A stretch of 64,000 bases of DNA from Octopus sinensis (taxonomy: Eukaryota). This document shows, in pieces, positions 1 through 12,256 of this stretch; the stretch's first letter is position 1, and each line of letters begins with the position of its first letter. The notes beneath the pieces were generated by a model, which was not told where the DNA came from, ran no database searches, and saw nothing but the letters and a program-made list of their open reading frames with translations. The position numbers and the translations under genes are program-made. The stretch lies in contig NC_043006.1 of the NCBI RefSeq assembly GCF_006345805.1, positions 46,376,001-46,440,000 on the forward strand, in the 5' to 3' direction.

Positions 1-72
<72 letters not shown>
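1..72. repeat. (TCTA)n microsatellite
   Basis: Direct tandem TCTA from the window start. Confidence 0.97.
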
Positions 73-73
<1 letters not shown>

Positions 74-535
74 CACTCTCACTCGCACACATGTTCCACT
101 TTGTTCCTCTGCGATAACGTTTTGATAATATGCATGGCTATAGAGCCTGATTTTCAGCATCAATGATCAAATGGTATCAGTATGTAGTGCAAGACAAGAA
201 ATATTCAGAAGCTAAAGCACGGACAGTATTAATTAATTAGTAGCAATTAATGTAATGAACCCCTTAGTATAATGACTTTGTTTTAATGATCGTGCCATCT
301 ATGTAGCTTTTTTTTCAGTTATTCGAATGTGTTATAGTTATCTGAACTGAAGTGATACAACACAAAGAAATTGAAAACACATTCAATATAGTGACTTCTA
401 GTATAGATGACAGAAATGCTTTGAATGATTGACTGAGCGTTATAGTTTTGTTATTGTCCCTGTTGCTTTCGTATAACCCTAAGTAAACTCTCAATGAGCA
501 GACTTCTGACGAAGTGCAATCCATCGCTTAGCGTC

Positions 536-1088
536 AAAGTTCGTGCCGATTTATAATAGCTTAACATTCGACTTATTTTAGAACATGGTTGAATCCATAG
601 AATAGGATTTGACTACACCTCCATTTAGAGCACAGTTTAAGCTATCTTTTTGCAGAAGAAGGGTTTATGTTCCTATAACATGTGTTAATTCTGTAACCTT
701 TTAAAATGGAAGATAAAGTTCATTTTCGGCATTTGATGCTTTGGGAACCAAACAAAAATTGCTGCAGCTCGGCTGAGATGTGTTACCCCACCCTCCATAT
801 TCACCAGATGTTGCTCCTTCAGATTTCCACTTATTCAGGTCTCTGCAGAATAGTCTTAATGGTAAAAATTTCAATTCCTTGGATGACGTAAAAAGATACC
901 GTGATGAATTCTTTGTCATGAAACCACCTCAATTCTGGTAAGAGGGTATTTTCAAGTTAAAGGAAAGATGGAGAAGCATAGTGCAACAAAATGATTCATA
1001 TTTCGTTGATTAAAAATGTAATGGCAAGTATTTATTGACCTTTTTCTTTCCTTTAAAAATCGGTACGAATTTTCCGGGCAACCCAATA
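536..1088 (+). mobile_element. Internally deleted mariner element
   Basis: Right TIR AAATCGGTACGAATTTTCCGGGCAACCCAATA (to 1088); partial left TIR AAAGTTCGTGCCGATTT (536-552) matches its reverse complement 15/17; transposase remnants inside. Confidence 0.88.
706..1013 (+). pseudogene. Mariner transposase remnant, N-terminus fused to C-terminus
   Basis: MEDKVHFRHLMLW followed directly by TKQKLLQLG*DVLPHPPYSPDVAPSDFHLFRSLQNSLNGKNF...EGIFKLKERWRSIVQQNDSYFVD*; the YSPD(L/V)APSD motif is the mariner signature; in-frame stops. Confidence 0.9.
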
Positions 1089-1222
1089 ACACCACAGTTT
1101 CTAATAAATCATATCCGTATGTATGGCGGTAGGGTATAATTTGAAGACAATTTCACTACTATATCTAACAAATTGAAGACCTATGTAAAGATTTCCTGGT
1201 TTGCTCAATATTAGGTTTTCCA

Positions 1223-1437
1223 AGGAGGCAAGTTGACAGGATTGTTAGCACAACGAGCAAAATGCTTAGCGTTATTTCCTGTCATTTTGTTCTGAGTTCA
1301 AATTCCGCCGAAGTCGACCCTTGCTTTTGATCCTTTCGGAATCGATATAAAGAAAAGGGGTTGATCACCGGAGTCGATGTACTTGACTTAGCCCTCCTCT
1401 GAGACAGTTGGACTTGTGCCAAAATATGAAACCAATA
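1223..1437 (+). mobile_element. SINE type B, diverged
   Basis: Degenerate match to the type B consensus (GAGTTCAAATTCCGCCGAAGTCGAC...TCCTTTCGG). Confidence 0.8.
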
Positions 1438-1842
1438 TTTAGATATTCGTATTGTGCAATGTTGACTAAATCAATTAGCTGATGGCATACATTACTCACA
1501 TCTTCACCTTTCATCCTTCTAAAATCGATAACCAGTGTACCAGTCATATATTACGTTGATTTAATTGGCTACATTCCTTAACATTTTCTTTTATTTTCGG
1601 ACTTGACCTTATTTCAAAAATCAATCTCGCCTTTGATTTTAGCCTTTAGATGTAAATATAATATCACTAGTCAAATAATGGGTTAGACTAATTCAGCTAT
1701 ACAATTCTCTATATTTCGTGGCATTATGTCAAGACAAAGTTTCAAATCAATATTTTTAATTTGTTTTTCAACTCTAAGTTTTAATCTTCCGTGGTTAGAT
1801 CTACCCATTAACCCACCCAGATGACAAGAAATAGTAATAGAA

Positions 1843-2080
1843 GGCGGCGAGCTGGCAGAAACGTTAGCACGCCGGGCGAAATGCTTAGCGGTATTTCGTC
1901 TACCGTTACGTTGTGAGTTCAAATTCCGCCGAGGTCGACTTTGCCTTTCATTCTTTCGGGGTCGATAAATTAAGTACTAGTTACGCACTAGGGATGATAT
2001 AATCGACTTAATCCGTTTGTCTGTCCTTGTTTGTCCCCTCTGTGTGTAGCCCCTTATGGGTAGTAAATAAATAAGAAATA
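1843..2080 (+). mobile_element. SINE type B (tRNA-like head, Nin-like central domain), full length
   Basis: GGCGGCGAGCTGGCAGAAACGTTAG head, B-box GAGTTCAAATTCC, central GAGGTCGACTTTGCCTTTCATCCTTTCGGGGTCGATAAA recurring more than 20 times in the window. The Nin-domain label is from memory. Confidence 0.9.
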
Positions 2081-3045
2081 GTAATAACAACATAGAATTT
2101 TCCCAGTACACTATCCTACACTTCTTCATACACAGTCCTATATCCTAATTGCACATCGTACACTGCCTACACTTTCTTTATTCACTATACTGCCCTTTGC
2201 TTGTATATTTCTCTACCCTTTACTTGTACACAGTTTCAAGTTTTGTAATTTGCTTATGTCATAAGCCCCGTTATGGGAACAAGGATCAAATAACCGTAAA
2301 CTGCGAATTTCTATCTCGTCGTAACGGAAGCACAACCAACAACAACAACAACAACAACGACAACCAACAACAACAGAACGTATGAGAAGGGGTAACAACA
2401 TCAACCGTGAACATCCTATACCGTAATTCTTTTATTTAGCACACAGGTCAATACACAGTGGGGACAAAAAACATAAAACGAATGTATGAGGGATGAATAG
2501 AAATTGATAATGATGTAATGGCCACATTGAACCCCACACTCAAGCAGTATCATTTAACTGTTTCAAAAATAATTTTTATATCGCTTTTCCTCACTTTTTC
2601 CCTTTCTTCCCCATTTTAGCATTTTATGTATAGTCTTATTTCAAAAGCTTACGCTTTCGAGTTCATATATAGTTTCAAATCTTTGTACTCCACAAGTAGC
2701 AGGTCATCAAACTCCACCTCCACTCCCAGTGGGGTCTATGCTAGTTCCAAACAACCCTTACAGTTTTCCATACCTCTCTTGGTCTATCACTATACCTTAT
2801 GTATTTTCTGTGTAATGCTCCACTGGTAGTTTTACCCTAATTACCGATTTGAATTTGGTAATTCTCCTTTCTATCGTTGTACTTTTTGTATATGTTACCA
2901 TATACCATTTATTCTTCCTGGACTCTTTTAACTGCTTATTTCTGTGACGACTCTCGACTGTCCGGCATTCTTCTCCATTCTTCGTGAACCTGTACTGATG
3001 CAATCAATTGTGAGTCCATGTAATATATATAGGGAAAAATACATA

Positions 3046-3458
3046 GGTGTAGGAGTAGCTGTGTGGTAAGTAGCTTGCTTACCAGCCACATGGTTCCGGG
3101 TTCAGTCCCACTGCATGGCACCTTGGGCAAGTGTCTTCTACTATAGCCTCGTGCCGACCAAAGCCTTTTGAGTGGATTTGGTAGACGGAAACTGCAAGAA
3201 GCCCGTCGTATATATGTATATATATATATGTGTATGTGTGTGTGTGTATATGTTTGGGTTTATGTTTGTCCCCCAACATCTCTTGACAACCGATGCGGGT
3301 GTGTTTACGTCCCCGTAACTTAGCGGTTCGGCAAAAAGAGATCGATAGAATAAGTACTAGGCTTCCAAAGAATAAGTCCTGGGGTCGATTTGCTCGACTA
3401 AAGGCGGTGCTCCAGCATGGCCGCAGTCAAATTACTGAAACAAGTAAAAGTAAAAGAG
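3046..3458 (+). mobile_element. SINE type A (tRNA-like head, CORE-like segment, internal microsatellite)
   Basis: GTAGCTGTGTGGTAAG...GGGTTCAGTCCC head, ACCTTGGGCAAGTGTCTT CORE-like segment, (TA)/(TG) insert, tail GAAACAAGTAAAAGTAAAAGAG. Confidence 0.92.
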
Positions 3459-3642
3459 TATATATATAAGTTTACTCTGTTTTTACTCATTCTCGCATTT
3501 GATGGACTCGGGAAATCGCTGGTGAGACTTTATTGATGTACCCGAAGCCACCCAAAACGGGTCAAAATATGTGTTGCACCCAATTATATCTATTATACGT
3601 TCCATCTATTTTATCAATAATATACACAGACACACACACACA

Positions 3643-3673
<31 letters not shown>

Positions 3674-3687
3674 CATACAAACATTGG

Positions 3688-3828
3688 TTTCTTTGAGTTT
3701 TCGTCTTTCAAATACATTCATGAGGATTTAGTCGGCTCGAAGGAATGGAAGATAGCCGACTAAGTTGTCACGTAGTGAGACTGAACGCGAAACCATGTGG
3801 TTGAGAAGCAAATTTCTTACCATACACC
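3688..3828 (-). mobile_element. SINE type A 5' fragment, diverged
   Basis: Reverse-complement match to the type A head (GAGACTGAAC...AACCATGTGGTTG...CTTACCATAC). Confidence 0.65.
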
Positions 3829-3839
3829 CTCACCAGCCC

Positions 3840-3895
<56 letters not shown>

Positions 3896-5895
3896 TGAGA
3901 GAGAGAGAAATGGAGAGAGAGGGAGTGAGAGAAGGAGAGAAAGAGAGTGAGAGATACACACATACAAATAAGCATACGTGAATACGCACACATACACGAA
4001 CATATATTCACGTTCACAAACGCATCACCTGCAATAAGTTTATAGGTAATATATTTTGTAGACGGTGTTTTGGGAATCGTAATTATGAGCACACAGAACA
4101 AAGACACAGACGTGTGTGTATGTCTGTGTGTGTGTGTGCCCCCCGGTGTGTGAGTGTAACATCTTGATATTTTCATCACTTTTTCTCTTTCTCTCTGTCT
4201 TCCTCGTTTTTCCTTTTATTTGTCTTCTCTTTTTCTATTTCTGAAGTTACACACCTCCCACTCGCACCTGTTATATCTACTCTAAATTCAGCGTCTCCCA
4301 TGAAAATCTAGTATAATTATTTAGTGGCTAATTTGCTAATTTACTATCACCATACCGTAGAGACAGAGACTTCAAACGTGAAAAACCCAAAGAAATTGAA
4401 CAGTACAACTAAATGCATTAGAAACAAATTGTCGACTTAAGAACGTATATCGTTGACATTTCCTTTCTCTGGATCGAAATTGGTAAAAATAATGCCCAAC
4501 AACGTACTGACCACTCTTTAATTGAATCGCTAATTACAGAGTAGGAAATGAATTGCTTCAAATTCGTAATGTTCGTTTAACCTATCCACTTAAGACTTAA
4601 GTAGATATGTATCTAAGTACTACTATAATGTTAGCTGTCTGTGTGCTTTGCTGTCGATTGCTCTCAAGTGTGTTCCATAATGTATAGTTAAATATTTATT
4701 TCGGCTGCAATTACTTCAGTTAATGTATGTCTATTTGCTGATAGCTGTGGTTTCTAATGATACGTCTATCGCTATTTGGTTTATTCGTTTCTTCTGTAAC
4801 TAACAAAAGACAGTCTACTTTAAAAATAATATGCCACAAACTAGGCTTTTTTTTCTCTTTGATGTTCCAAATCTTTCATCTGATGATGCTTTCTTTTTTA
4901 TTTAATATCAGAAACAGAACAGACAACGTATAAAGAGTGAAAGATAAATAAATTCCTTTGGCACCTTCTCTGCTCTCTCTCTCTCTCGCTCAGCTTTGCT
5001 TTTAGCATAATATTGGTATGTTATGCTTAAATGCTTGCGTTAATGGTAAAATAATAAGCAAAGAGAATAACTCTACTCCATAGCTCGATCGAGTAAAAAT
5101 AACAGCCAGAACTCACACAAATCACATCCTACCATTTTCAAAATGTGAGGACACATTGGATAAAGGGATAATATTGTAAATACAAAAGACGAGAAGATAA
5201 GGTCGGAATAATTTCGATCATAGGTTAGCGCCCTCAAACACTAAACAGCAAAAACAAAACCAATTTCCCCTTAGACAGACACAACGCCATGTATTTCGTA
5301 GCGACGGTTCGTAATAAATAATTATTTCCTAATCTAATGCTTCATAAGCTAATTGCAAATTTACCTCTTTAGGATTAACTCACCTTCATTTACAAATAGA
5401 ACCTTCTGTGTAATCCAGATGGCTTTTTGATTTTCTTCCTTTCTGTATAAGAACACTTTGCCCATTTTTTTATTCGATGTTTCTAGTATTATGTACTTTC
5501 TATAAACACCTATAATACTTTTCGACAACCTGATATGCGTTGACCCACGAACGAAACATCATATTTACACTTCACTGAATTCTGATAAGTATGACATCCT
5601 TTAAATTATTGAGTATAAGACAATAAATTAAATCAGTATTCGTTGCAAGCCTAACGTATTATATTTTATATCTCACAGGTGTTCCAAGAAATGCAATTAT
5701 ATTTTGTATTGAGACTAATGTCGGATTCATGATTGAGTTTTGATTTTAGTTTATTTTTATTACACTAAAACGTGACCAAAAAATATACGTGTAATAAATT
5801 CTGATCACATTTCTAAAACAGAAAAAAGAATAACCAATGCAAATTCTATATATTTGAGCCGTGAATTCAGCAACGCCACTTAGCTAAGCAGCCAC

Positions 5896-5938
5896 TCTGT
5901 GTTGATGAAGAGCAAAAACCCTGAAACTAGCCCACAGA
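5896..5938 (+). ncRNA. Decayed minimal type-I hammerhead ribozyme motif
   Basis: TCTGTG-TTGATGA-AGAG-CAAAAA-CCCT-GAAA-CTAG-CC-CACAGA: perfect 6-bp stem I; two core transitions relative to CUGAUGA...GAAA-CUAG-UC. Confidence 0.7.
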
Positions 5939-6152
5939 TGTTGTTTTGTGGTGGGCGGGGATGCTGAATCTCTGGTTCGAAAATATAAGGACACATAATG
6001 TGTAGTATAGTCAGAAGGATCTGATGTTTCTTGGAGCTAATAAATAGAAACAACGTCCCTTCCATGACTGCCATATTATGTTGGAAATTAAATTTTACTT
6101 TAAATACATATCCTGTTTTGATTTAAGAGACCATTATTTTGGCTTCTATTAA

Positions 6153-6342
6153 GATGGCATGCTGGCAGAATCATAACGACGTCGAACGAAATGCTTGGCG
6201 GGATTTCGTCCGAAATTCCCAGAGGTTGATTTTGCCTTTCCGATTTCGATAATAATGAGTAGCAGTTGAACATTGAGATAGATGTAATCGACTTACTTAC
6301 TTTCCAGAAATGGTTGACTTCGTACAAAAATTCGAAAGTAAT
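6153..6342 (+). mobile_element. SINE type B, diverged
   Basis: GCTGGCAGAATC...GAAATGCTT...GAGGTTGATTTTGCCTTTC...GATGTAATCGAC. Confidence 0.75.
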
Positions 6343-6376
6343 ATTTTGATTTTATTATAGCAAGGCGAGATAGAAA

Positions 6377-6500
6377 AATTTAAACAGACTGTTGTAAATC
6401 ATTATTACAGCTACGTTCGTAAATCTACTTGCTGATTTCTATCACCCAAAACGAGAAAATAATTACCAGCAGTTTAGTGTAGGTGTTAGAATAAAACGAA
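6377..6500 (+). repeat. Direct repeat, copy 1 (partner 7822-7946)
   Basis: AATTTAAACAGACTGTT...TACAGCTACGTTCGTAAA...GAGAAAATAATTACCAGC...GGTGTT is shared at roughly 90% identity. Confidence 0.85.
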
Positions 6501-6749
6501 AAAAAAAAAAAATACTCCTAGCCGCGAAAGAACTTTCTCTGCACTGTAATAGCTTCAATAAATCTAAGATTATTCTTTACTGAAAAATCTTTTACTGCCG
6601 TTTCAGCAGTGAAACACAGAACACCACGTTCTATCAAGATTTGTGCATATACATTCTATGTGTTCTAATTCTCACAACTCATGCTATTTTATCGAATACA
6701 CACACTGCTAACATTTGTATGAGCTAGTGTTACATCGTGTCACAAATAT

Positions 6750-7068
6750 TAACGACAAGCGCTCCATCGGTTACGACCATGAATGTTTCAGGTGATCCAG
6801 TCAACGGAACAGCCTGCTCGCGAAATTAACGCGCAAGTGGCTGAGCATTCCACAGACAGGCGTAACCTTGACATAGATCTCAGGGAATTCAGCGTGATAC
6901 AGAATGCAGCAACGCTGTCCTGTTAAATTACAGGTAGAATTTGTTTTTACTGGCTGAGTGAACTGGAGAGCATGAAATAAAGTGTTCTCAAGAGTACAAT
7001 GCCTGACCGGGTATCGAACCCAAGCTCTTACGATTGTCAACCAAATACCCTAACGACTTAGCCATGCG
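6750..7068 (-). mobile_element. SINE type C
   Basis: Reverse-complement tRNA-like head (CGCATGGCTAAGTCGTTAGG...GGGTTCGATACCC); body matches 30835-31157. Confidence 0.82.
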
Positions 7069-7217
7069 TTTTTTACAATGGCGGCAAATAATCAGCACAA
7101 CAGTATACAAAATGCATTAATGTATTTTATTAAGTTCTTTTTCATCATATGCTGAAATTCCGGACGACATCTTTACGGAGTAAGATCTCAATCTCACTAA
7201 TTTGATATCAGTATATA

Positions 7218-7773
7218 CAGGGTTATTAAAAAAACAATGAACCGATTACATTATGCAATATTTTAATAAGGAAAAACAATAGAAAACTCCAGCTAAGTCA
7301 CAAGTATTTACTTACAATCAACCTTTTATTTCTTGTCTTAGGAGTGTTCAATGTGGCCACCACTTGCAGCCCAGGCAACATCGTTGCGATAAGACAATCC
7401 CTCCCAGACGTATATCGGCAGATCACGATCCACTGAGGTGATCCCTGTTCTTATTCGATGTTTAAGGTCATCGAGGTTACTGGGTAGCGGTGGAACATGA
7501 ACGCGATCTTTTACATACCCCACGAGAAAAAAAATAATCACACACAGTGAGGTCTGGGGAACTCGCAGGCCAAGCAGATACGCGTCTGGGAGGAATTCTC
7601 TTATCGCATCGATGTTACCTGTGCCGCAGGTGGTGGCCACATTGAACACTTGTAAGACAGGTAATAAAAATTGATTGTAAGTAAATACTTTTGACTTAAC
7701 TGGAGTATTCTATTGCATTTCCTTTTTTAAATATTGCGTAATGAAATTGGTTCATTCTTTTTGAATAATCCTG
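7218..7773 (-). mobile_element. Tc1/mariner-derived non-autonomous element with ~150-bp inverted arms
   Basis: TA|CAGGGTTATT...AATAATCCTG|TA; arms about 80% identical; the interior encodes a transposase C-terminus (SPDLTVCD..GYVKDRVHVPPLP...GGHIEH), similar to the WPPRSPDLTPCDFFLWG type. Confidence 0.88.
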
Positions 7774-7821
7774 TATTGTAATCAAGTAACAGTGTCAATG
7801 AAAGAGAAAGTATTCTGGCAT

Positions 7822-7946
7822 AATTTAAACAGACTGTTATAAATCATTATTACAGCTACGTTCGTAAAACTACCTGCTGACTTCTATCATCCAAAACGAG
7901 AAAATAATTACCAGCGGTTTACTCTAGGTGTTACAATAAAACAAAA
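7822..7946 (+). repeat. Direct repeat, copy 2 (partner 6377-6500)
   Basis: See copy 1. Confidence 0.85.
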
Positions 7947-8092
7947 ATATTACAGCAAACTACTGACCCAAAGAAAATTTTCATTTTAATAAAAAAAATA
8001 TACATACTGATTTCATTTTGATCAAACAAAGATCTCGTATAATAGAACAGATAAAGGGAATACATTTCAGAATTATTCGTTCTGCTTTCCTC

Positions 8093-8123
<31 letters not shown>

Positions 8124-8260
8124 AACATCCTTCCTCCCTCTCTGTCTCTCTCTTTCAATCTACACGTGTCTATACACTTCCTCCCGTTTTCTTGATATGC
8201 ATATTTCGCTTCATACACAAAACAAACACTCACACAAACATATACAAACATACGTACGTC

Positions 8261-8261
8261 C

Positions 8262-8347
<86 letters not shown>

Positions 8348-8365
8348 ATATATATATATATATAC
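8261..8365. repeat. (TCTA)n(TA)n microsatellite
   Basis: Direct reading. Confidence 0.95.
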
Positions 8366-9500
8366 TTTATTTTAAGCAGCAGAAAATTCAACAAAATCTG
8401 TTACTCTGAGTTTCTCGTTGCCGTTCATCAGACAGTTTTTGCTAGAATGGAACCGATATATCAATTCAATCTAGACTCTTACAAACGGTACACCTTTAAA
8501 AAGAAATGGACTTGTTTGATTGGCCCTTTAGAAAAAACGGTCAATCTTCGAGCGATAAACAAAAGGTCAAAAATATATGTATATATATATAAAAAAATCC
8601 GAGGAAAAAACCTTACATTGAATAAAATACATATTGACGTTAATGAAGAAAGTGCAAATTAATGCATAGAAATTAAACCTGTTATAAATATTACACTGCA
8701 ATACATATTTATATTAAAATCTACATATATATATATCAACATACACAAAATTATGCGCGCAAACGCCATACATATACAGACGTATGAAAATAAATCTAAA
8801 TATACACATAAAAGCATGTGTACATATATTCACGCAAAACCATCTCGCACGCAAGTTAAAAAATGATCTATGTAGCGATTCTCATATACTGAGTAAGGGG
8901 GGGGGACGAAAGAAAGGGAGAGAGAGAAAAGGAACGAAGGAGGTGTGGGGAAAAAAAACGAAATAACAAAAAATTATGTATACAAGCAGTGTAACGGCAT
9001 TATTGGCATATATGGAGACAAGTATACATACACAAGTTTGAATGGATACATATACATACAGTCGTGTATATGTGTGCTTAAGCACAAACATACTTTCACT
9101 TACACATACACAGATACGCATGCTTACAAATACATATGCTTTGCTATGCACATACTTATATCAACGTTCTAATTTTGACAACATTGCTTTTTTTTAAAAA
9201 AAACATTGCTTTTTTTTTAAAAATGGGTGCATTAATAAAAATATATACGAAAGACATATAAAATAAAATATAACATCCTATTTTGGGTCATTTATAAATA
9301 ATCAAGGAAATATAAATAATCAAGGTAATCCTATACAATACAATAACATGAAAACAAAGTTGGAGGTTTTTCCTAATATATATGTAGAAACATAAGACTT
9401 TGCTATACGGATTAAGATCTGCATAGCTTGGAAACAAAATCCATCGTAGCGCTCATCGTTCAAGAGTCAAAATCAAAATCAAAAATACAAAATATATACT

Positions 9501-9740
9501 CTATCCATATGGTATATTCATATTCGACATTTTAAATTTAGCCACGTGCCTACATAAGTTCATTAGCTCACTTCTTTGATTCAAAGAATTATTGTCTTTG
9601 AATAAGATGTACATTTTTTCTAATAGACAAAGCTTGCACTTGAAATTATTTTTGTATGCTCCATGCCTGTATGGTGCCGCCCTGTCCAGAATGCTCCATG
9701 TCACGTTGAAAGGTGGGGATTCCTTTATGTGTTTACTCCG
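9501..9740 (-). pseudogene. Penelope-like retroelement ORF C-terminus (end of GIY-YIG endonuclease region)
   Basis: [23 protein letters not shown]...CKLCLLEKMYILFKDNNSLNQRSELMNLCRH matches the PLE pattern W.IL..A.PY...C.LCL.EK..I......LN.R.EL...CRH; truncated by (TA)n. Confidence 0.82.
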
Positions 9741-9856
9741 GTATATATATATATATACATATATGCATATATATATATTTATATATATATATATATGGAT
9801 ATATATATATATGGATATATATAAATATATGCGAGCACACACATATACGAACATGT

Positions 9857-10045
9857 TCTGTTACTCGTTTAACTGATGCTGCAGTACAACTTTGAAGGGT
9901 TTTAGTCAGACCCATGGACAGCAACACTTATTATTTTAAAGCCTAGTACGTATTCTATGGACCATTTTTACCAAATCCGTTAAGTTACAGGGACGGAAAC
10001 AAAACAACACCAGTTGTCAAGTCGTGATGGGGATACACAGACATA
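9857..10045 (-). mobile_element. SINE type A 3' half, diverged
   Basis: Reverse complement of the type A tail (CCTAGTAC.TATTCTAT...GTTGTCAAG). Confidence 0.65.
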
Positions 10046-10087
10046 ATGACATACACAAATATATATATAAATATATATATATGTAAA

Positions 10088-10500
10088 TAGGAGTGGCTGT
10101 GTAGTAAGTAGCTTGCTTACCAACCACATGGTTCAGGGTTCAGTCCCACTGCGCGGCACCTTGGGTGAGTGTCTTCTATATCCTCGGGTCGACCAAAGAC
10201 TTGTGAGTGGATTTGATAGACGGAAGCTGAAAGAAGCCCGTCGTATATAAATGTATATATATATATATATGGGTGTGTGTTGTGTGTGTGCATGTGTGTG
10301 TGTGTGTGTGCGTGTTTGTCCCCCCTAACATCACTTGACAACCTATGCTGGTGCGTTTACATCCCAGTACCCTAGCGGTTCGTCAAAAGATCCCAATAGA
10401 ATAAATACTAGGCTAACAAAGAATAAGTCCTCGGGTCGATTTGTTCGACTAAAGGCTGTGCTCCAGCATGGTCACAGTCAAATGACTGAAACAAGTAAAG
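10088..10500 (+). mobile_element. SINE type A
   Basis: Full head, CORE-like segment, internal microsatellite and tail. Confidence 0.9.
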
Positions 10501-10509
10501 GAATGAACT

Positions 10510-10772
10510 GAATATACACTAATATATACATTTATATACATTTATATATGCATATATGTATATATACATACATAAGCATATATATATATTTATATATATA
10601 TATACATATATGCATATATATATATATGTATGTATATAAGTATATGAAATATATGCATATATATATATATACTTATATATACATATATATAAGTATATAT
10701 ATATACATATAAGTATATATATATACATATATATAAGTATATATATACATATATATATAATATACATATTAT

Positions 10773-10839
<67 letters not shown>

Positions 10840-10840
10840 T
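10510..10840. repeat. Degenerate (TA)n/(TATACA)n array
   Basis: Direct reading. Confidence 0.9.
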
Positions 10841-11195
10841 ATAAAAAACGCACATATTGCTGAACGACACAACGAAAGCAGGCACTTGCTGATAAAGGAG
10901 AAACAATTCACAATATCTCGCCAAGTCATATATATAAGCAACTATTTGTTAACGATTTCGTCATTTTGACATAAAGATTAATTGATTCATAAATTTCCGA
11001 TATATGCCTTTGATGTGGAAAATTAGTAGAGTTTTGTATATTTGTATTCACTATAATTGTAACCCTTTGCGGAATGTTGTACTAATTCTCATTGATCAAT
11101 CTGTAGAAACTAACATCCGACAATTTCATTACATATAAATGTTTTATTATACACACAGACCATCGCGCATCTATTTGTCTGTCTGCTTGCCTATA

Positions 11196-11397
11196 CATGT
11201 ATGTATGTATGTATGTATGTATGTATGTATGTATGTATGTATGTATGTATGTATGTATAATGTATGTATGTATGTATGTATGTATGTATGTATGTATGTA
11301 TGTATGTATGTATGTATGTATGTATGTATGTATCTACTTATCTATCTAACTGTCTGTCTGTCTGTCTCTTTGTCTGTCTGTCTGTCTGTCTGTCTGT

Positions 11398-11437
<40 letters not shown>

Positions 11438-11498
11438 TCTATCTATCTATCTATCTACTTATCTATCTATCTGTCTGTCTGTCTCTCTGTCTGTCTGT

Positions 11499-11562
<64 letters not shown>

Positions 11563-11565
11563 ATA
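11196..11565. repeat. Compound (TATG)n/(TCTG)n/(TCTA)n microsatellite
   Basis: Direct reading; the source of the MYVC/SIYL ORFs. Confidence 0.95.
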
Positions 11566-11671
11566 TCTATGCATATGTATGTATGCATATGTATATGGAA
11601 GAAAGGCGATAGATAAAACTCCAAACCTATGTATGTTCAAAATAAATACACACATATAAGCATACAAGAGG

Positions 11672-11762
11672 GTTGTTGACATTGGCTTCGAAGTTTCGCT
11701 CAGCGAAGACATCGTCGGGCGATAGCTTAGCTGGCCGAAACTTCGAAGTGACTATCAACAAC
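11672..11762. ncRNA. Candidate pri-miRNA-like hairpin
   Basis: Arms 11672-11704 and 11730-11762 pair without bulges on the plus strand: 27 Watson-Crick, 2 G-U, 4 mismatches; 25-nt loop. No known mature miRNA recognised. Confidence 0.4.
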
Positions 11763-11937
11763 ATTCTTATATAATAATAATACACTTCTCTACAAAATTT
11801 AGAATAACCCATTAGAGTAATGTAAAATTGTTTTAATCAAAACTGAACATAAAAACATATATATATATATATACACACCTTAGATTATTTTTTGATTGAC
11901 AGAATGCTACAGAAATACTAAGTTTTGTGCAGGGTAC

Positions 11938-12256
11938 TTGATGAAAACCGAACGCAAAACTGTCTGCCCTGGGGCGTTGCAGACTATCCGAGACTAGTAG
12001 AGTTGGTACCGCTAATGTTCCGTTCAAAATTTTGCTCATCACTGGCTGCGGGAAATACCCTAGGCGGGAGGAGATTTCAGTAAGCCAATGTTTGCCGGTA
12101 GAAAAATTGGAGTTAACCGTTAGTACAGAGTAAAGCGTTTGTGCACAACGAGGTGGGGGGTGACAGAACACAGAGAGAGGATCCAATGCGTCTGGATGAG
12201 GGAACGAGGGCGGAAGACTTTCATCCGGAGTAACCAATAGTCAGTATTCTTGAAAT
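11938..12256 (-). CDS. Candidate exon of an unidentified gene (possible 5' UTR plus start MSKILNGTLAVPTLLVSDSLQRPRADSFAFGFHQ)
   Basis: Unique island of about 50% GC; acceptor TCACTTCTCTTCAG|A at 12257/12256; stop-free frame 12237-11833; in-frame ATG at 12039; donor uncertain (CAA|GTACCC at 11938). Confidence 0.35.

Noticed and set aside
501-540. GACTT-CTGACGA...GTC-AAAGT
   Set aside because: The GAAA box is absent.
2620-3003. ORFs at 2626-2829 and 2797-3003
   Set aside because: No recognisable motif or splice support.
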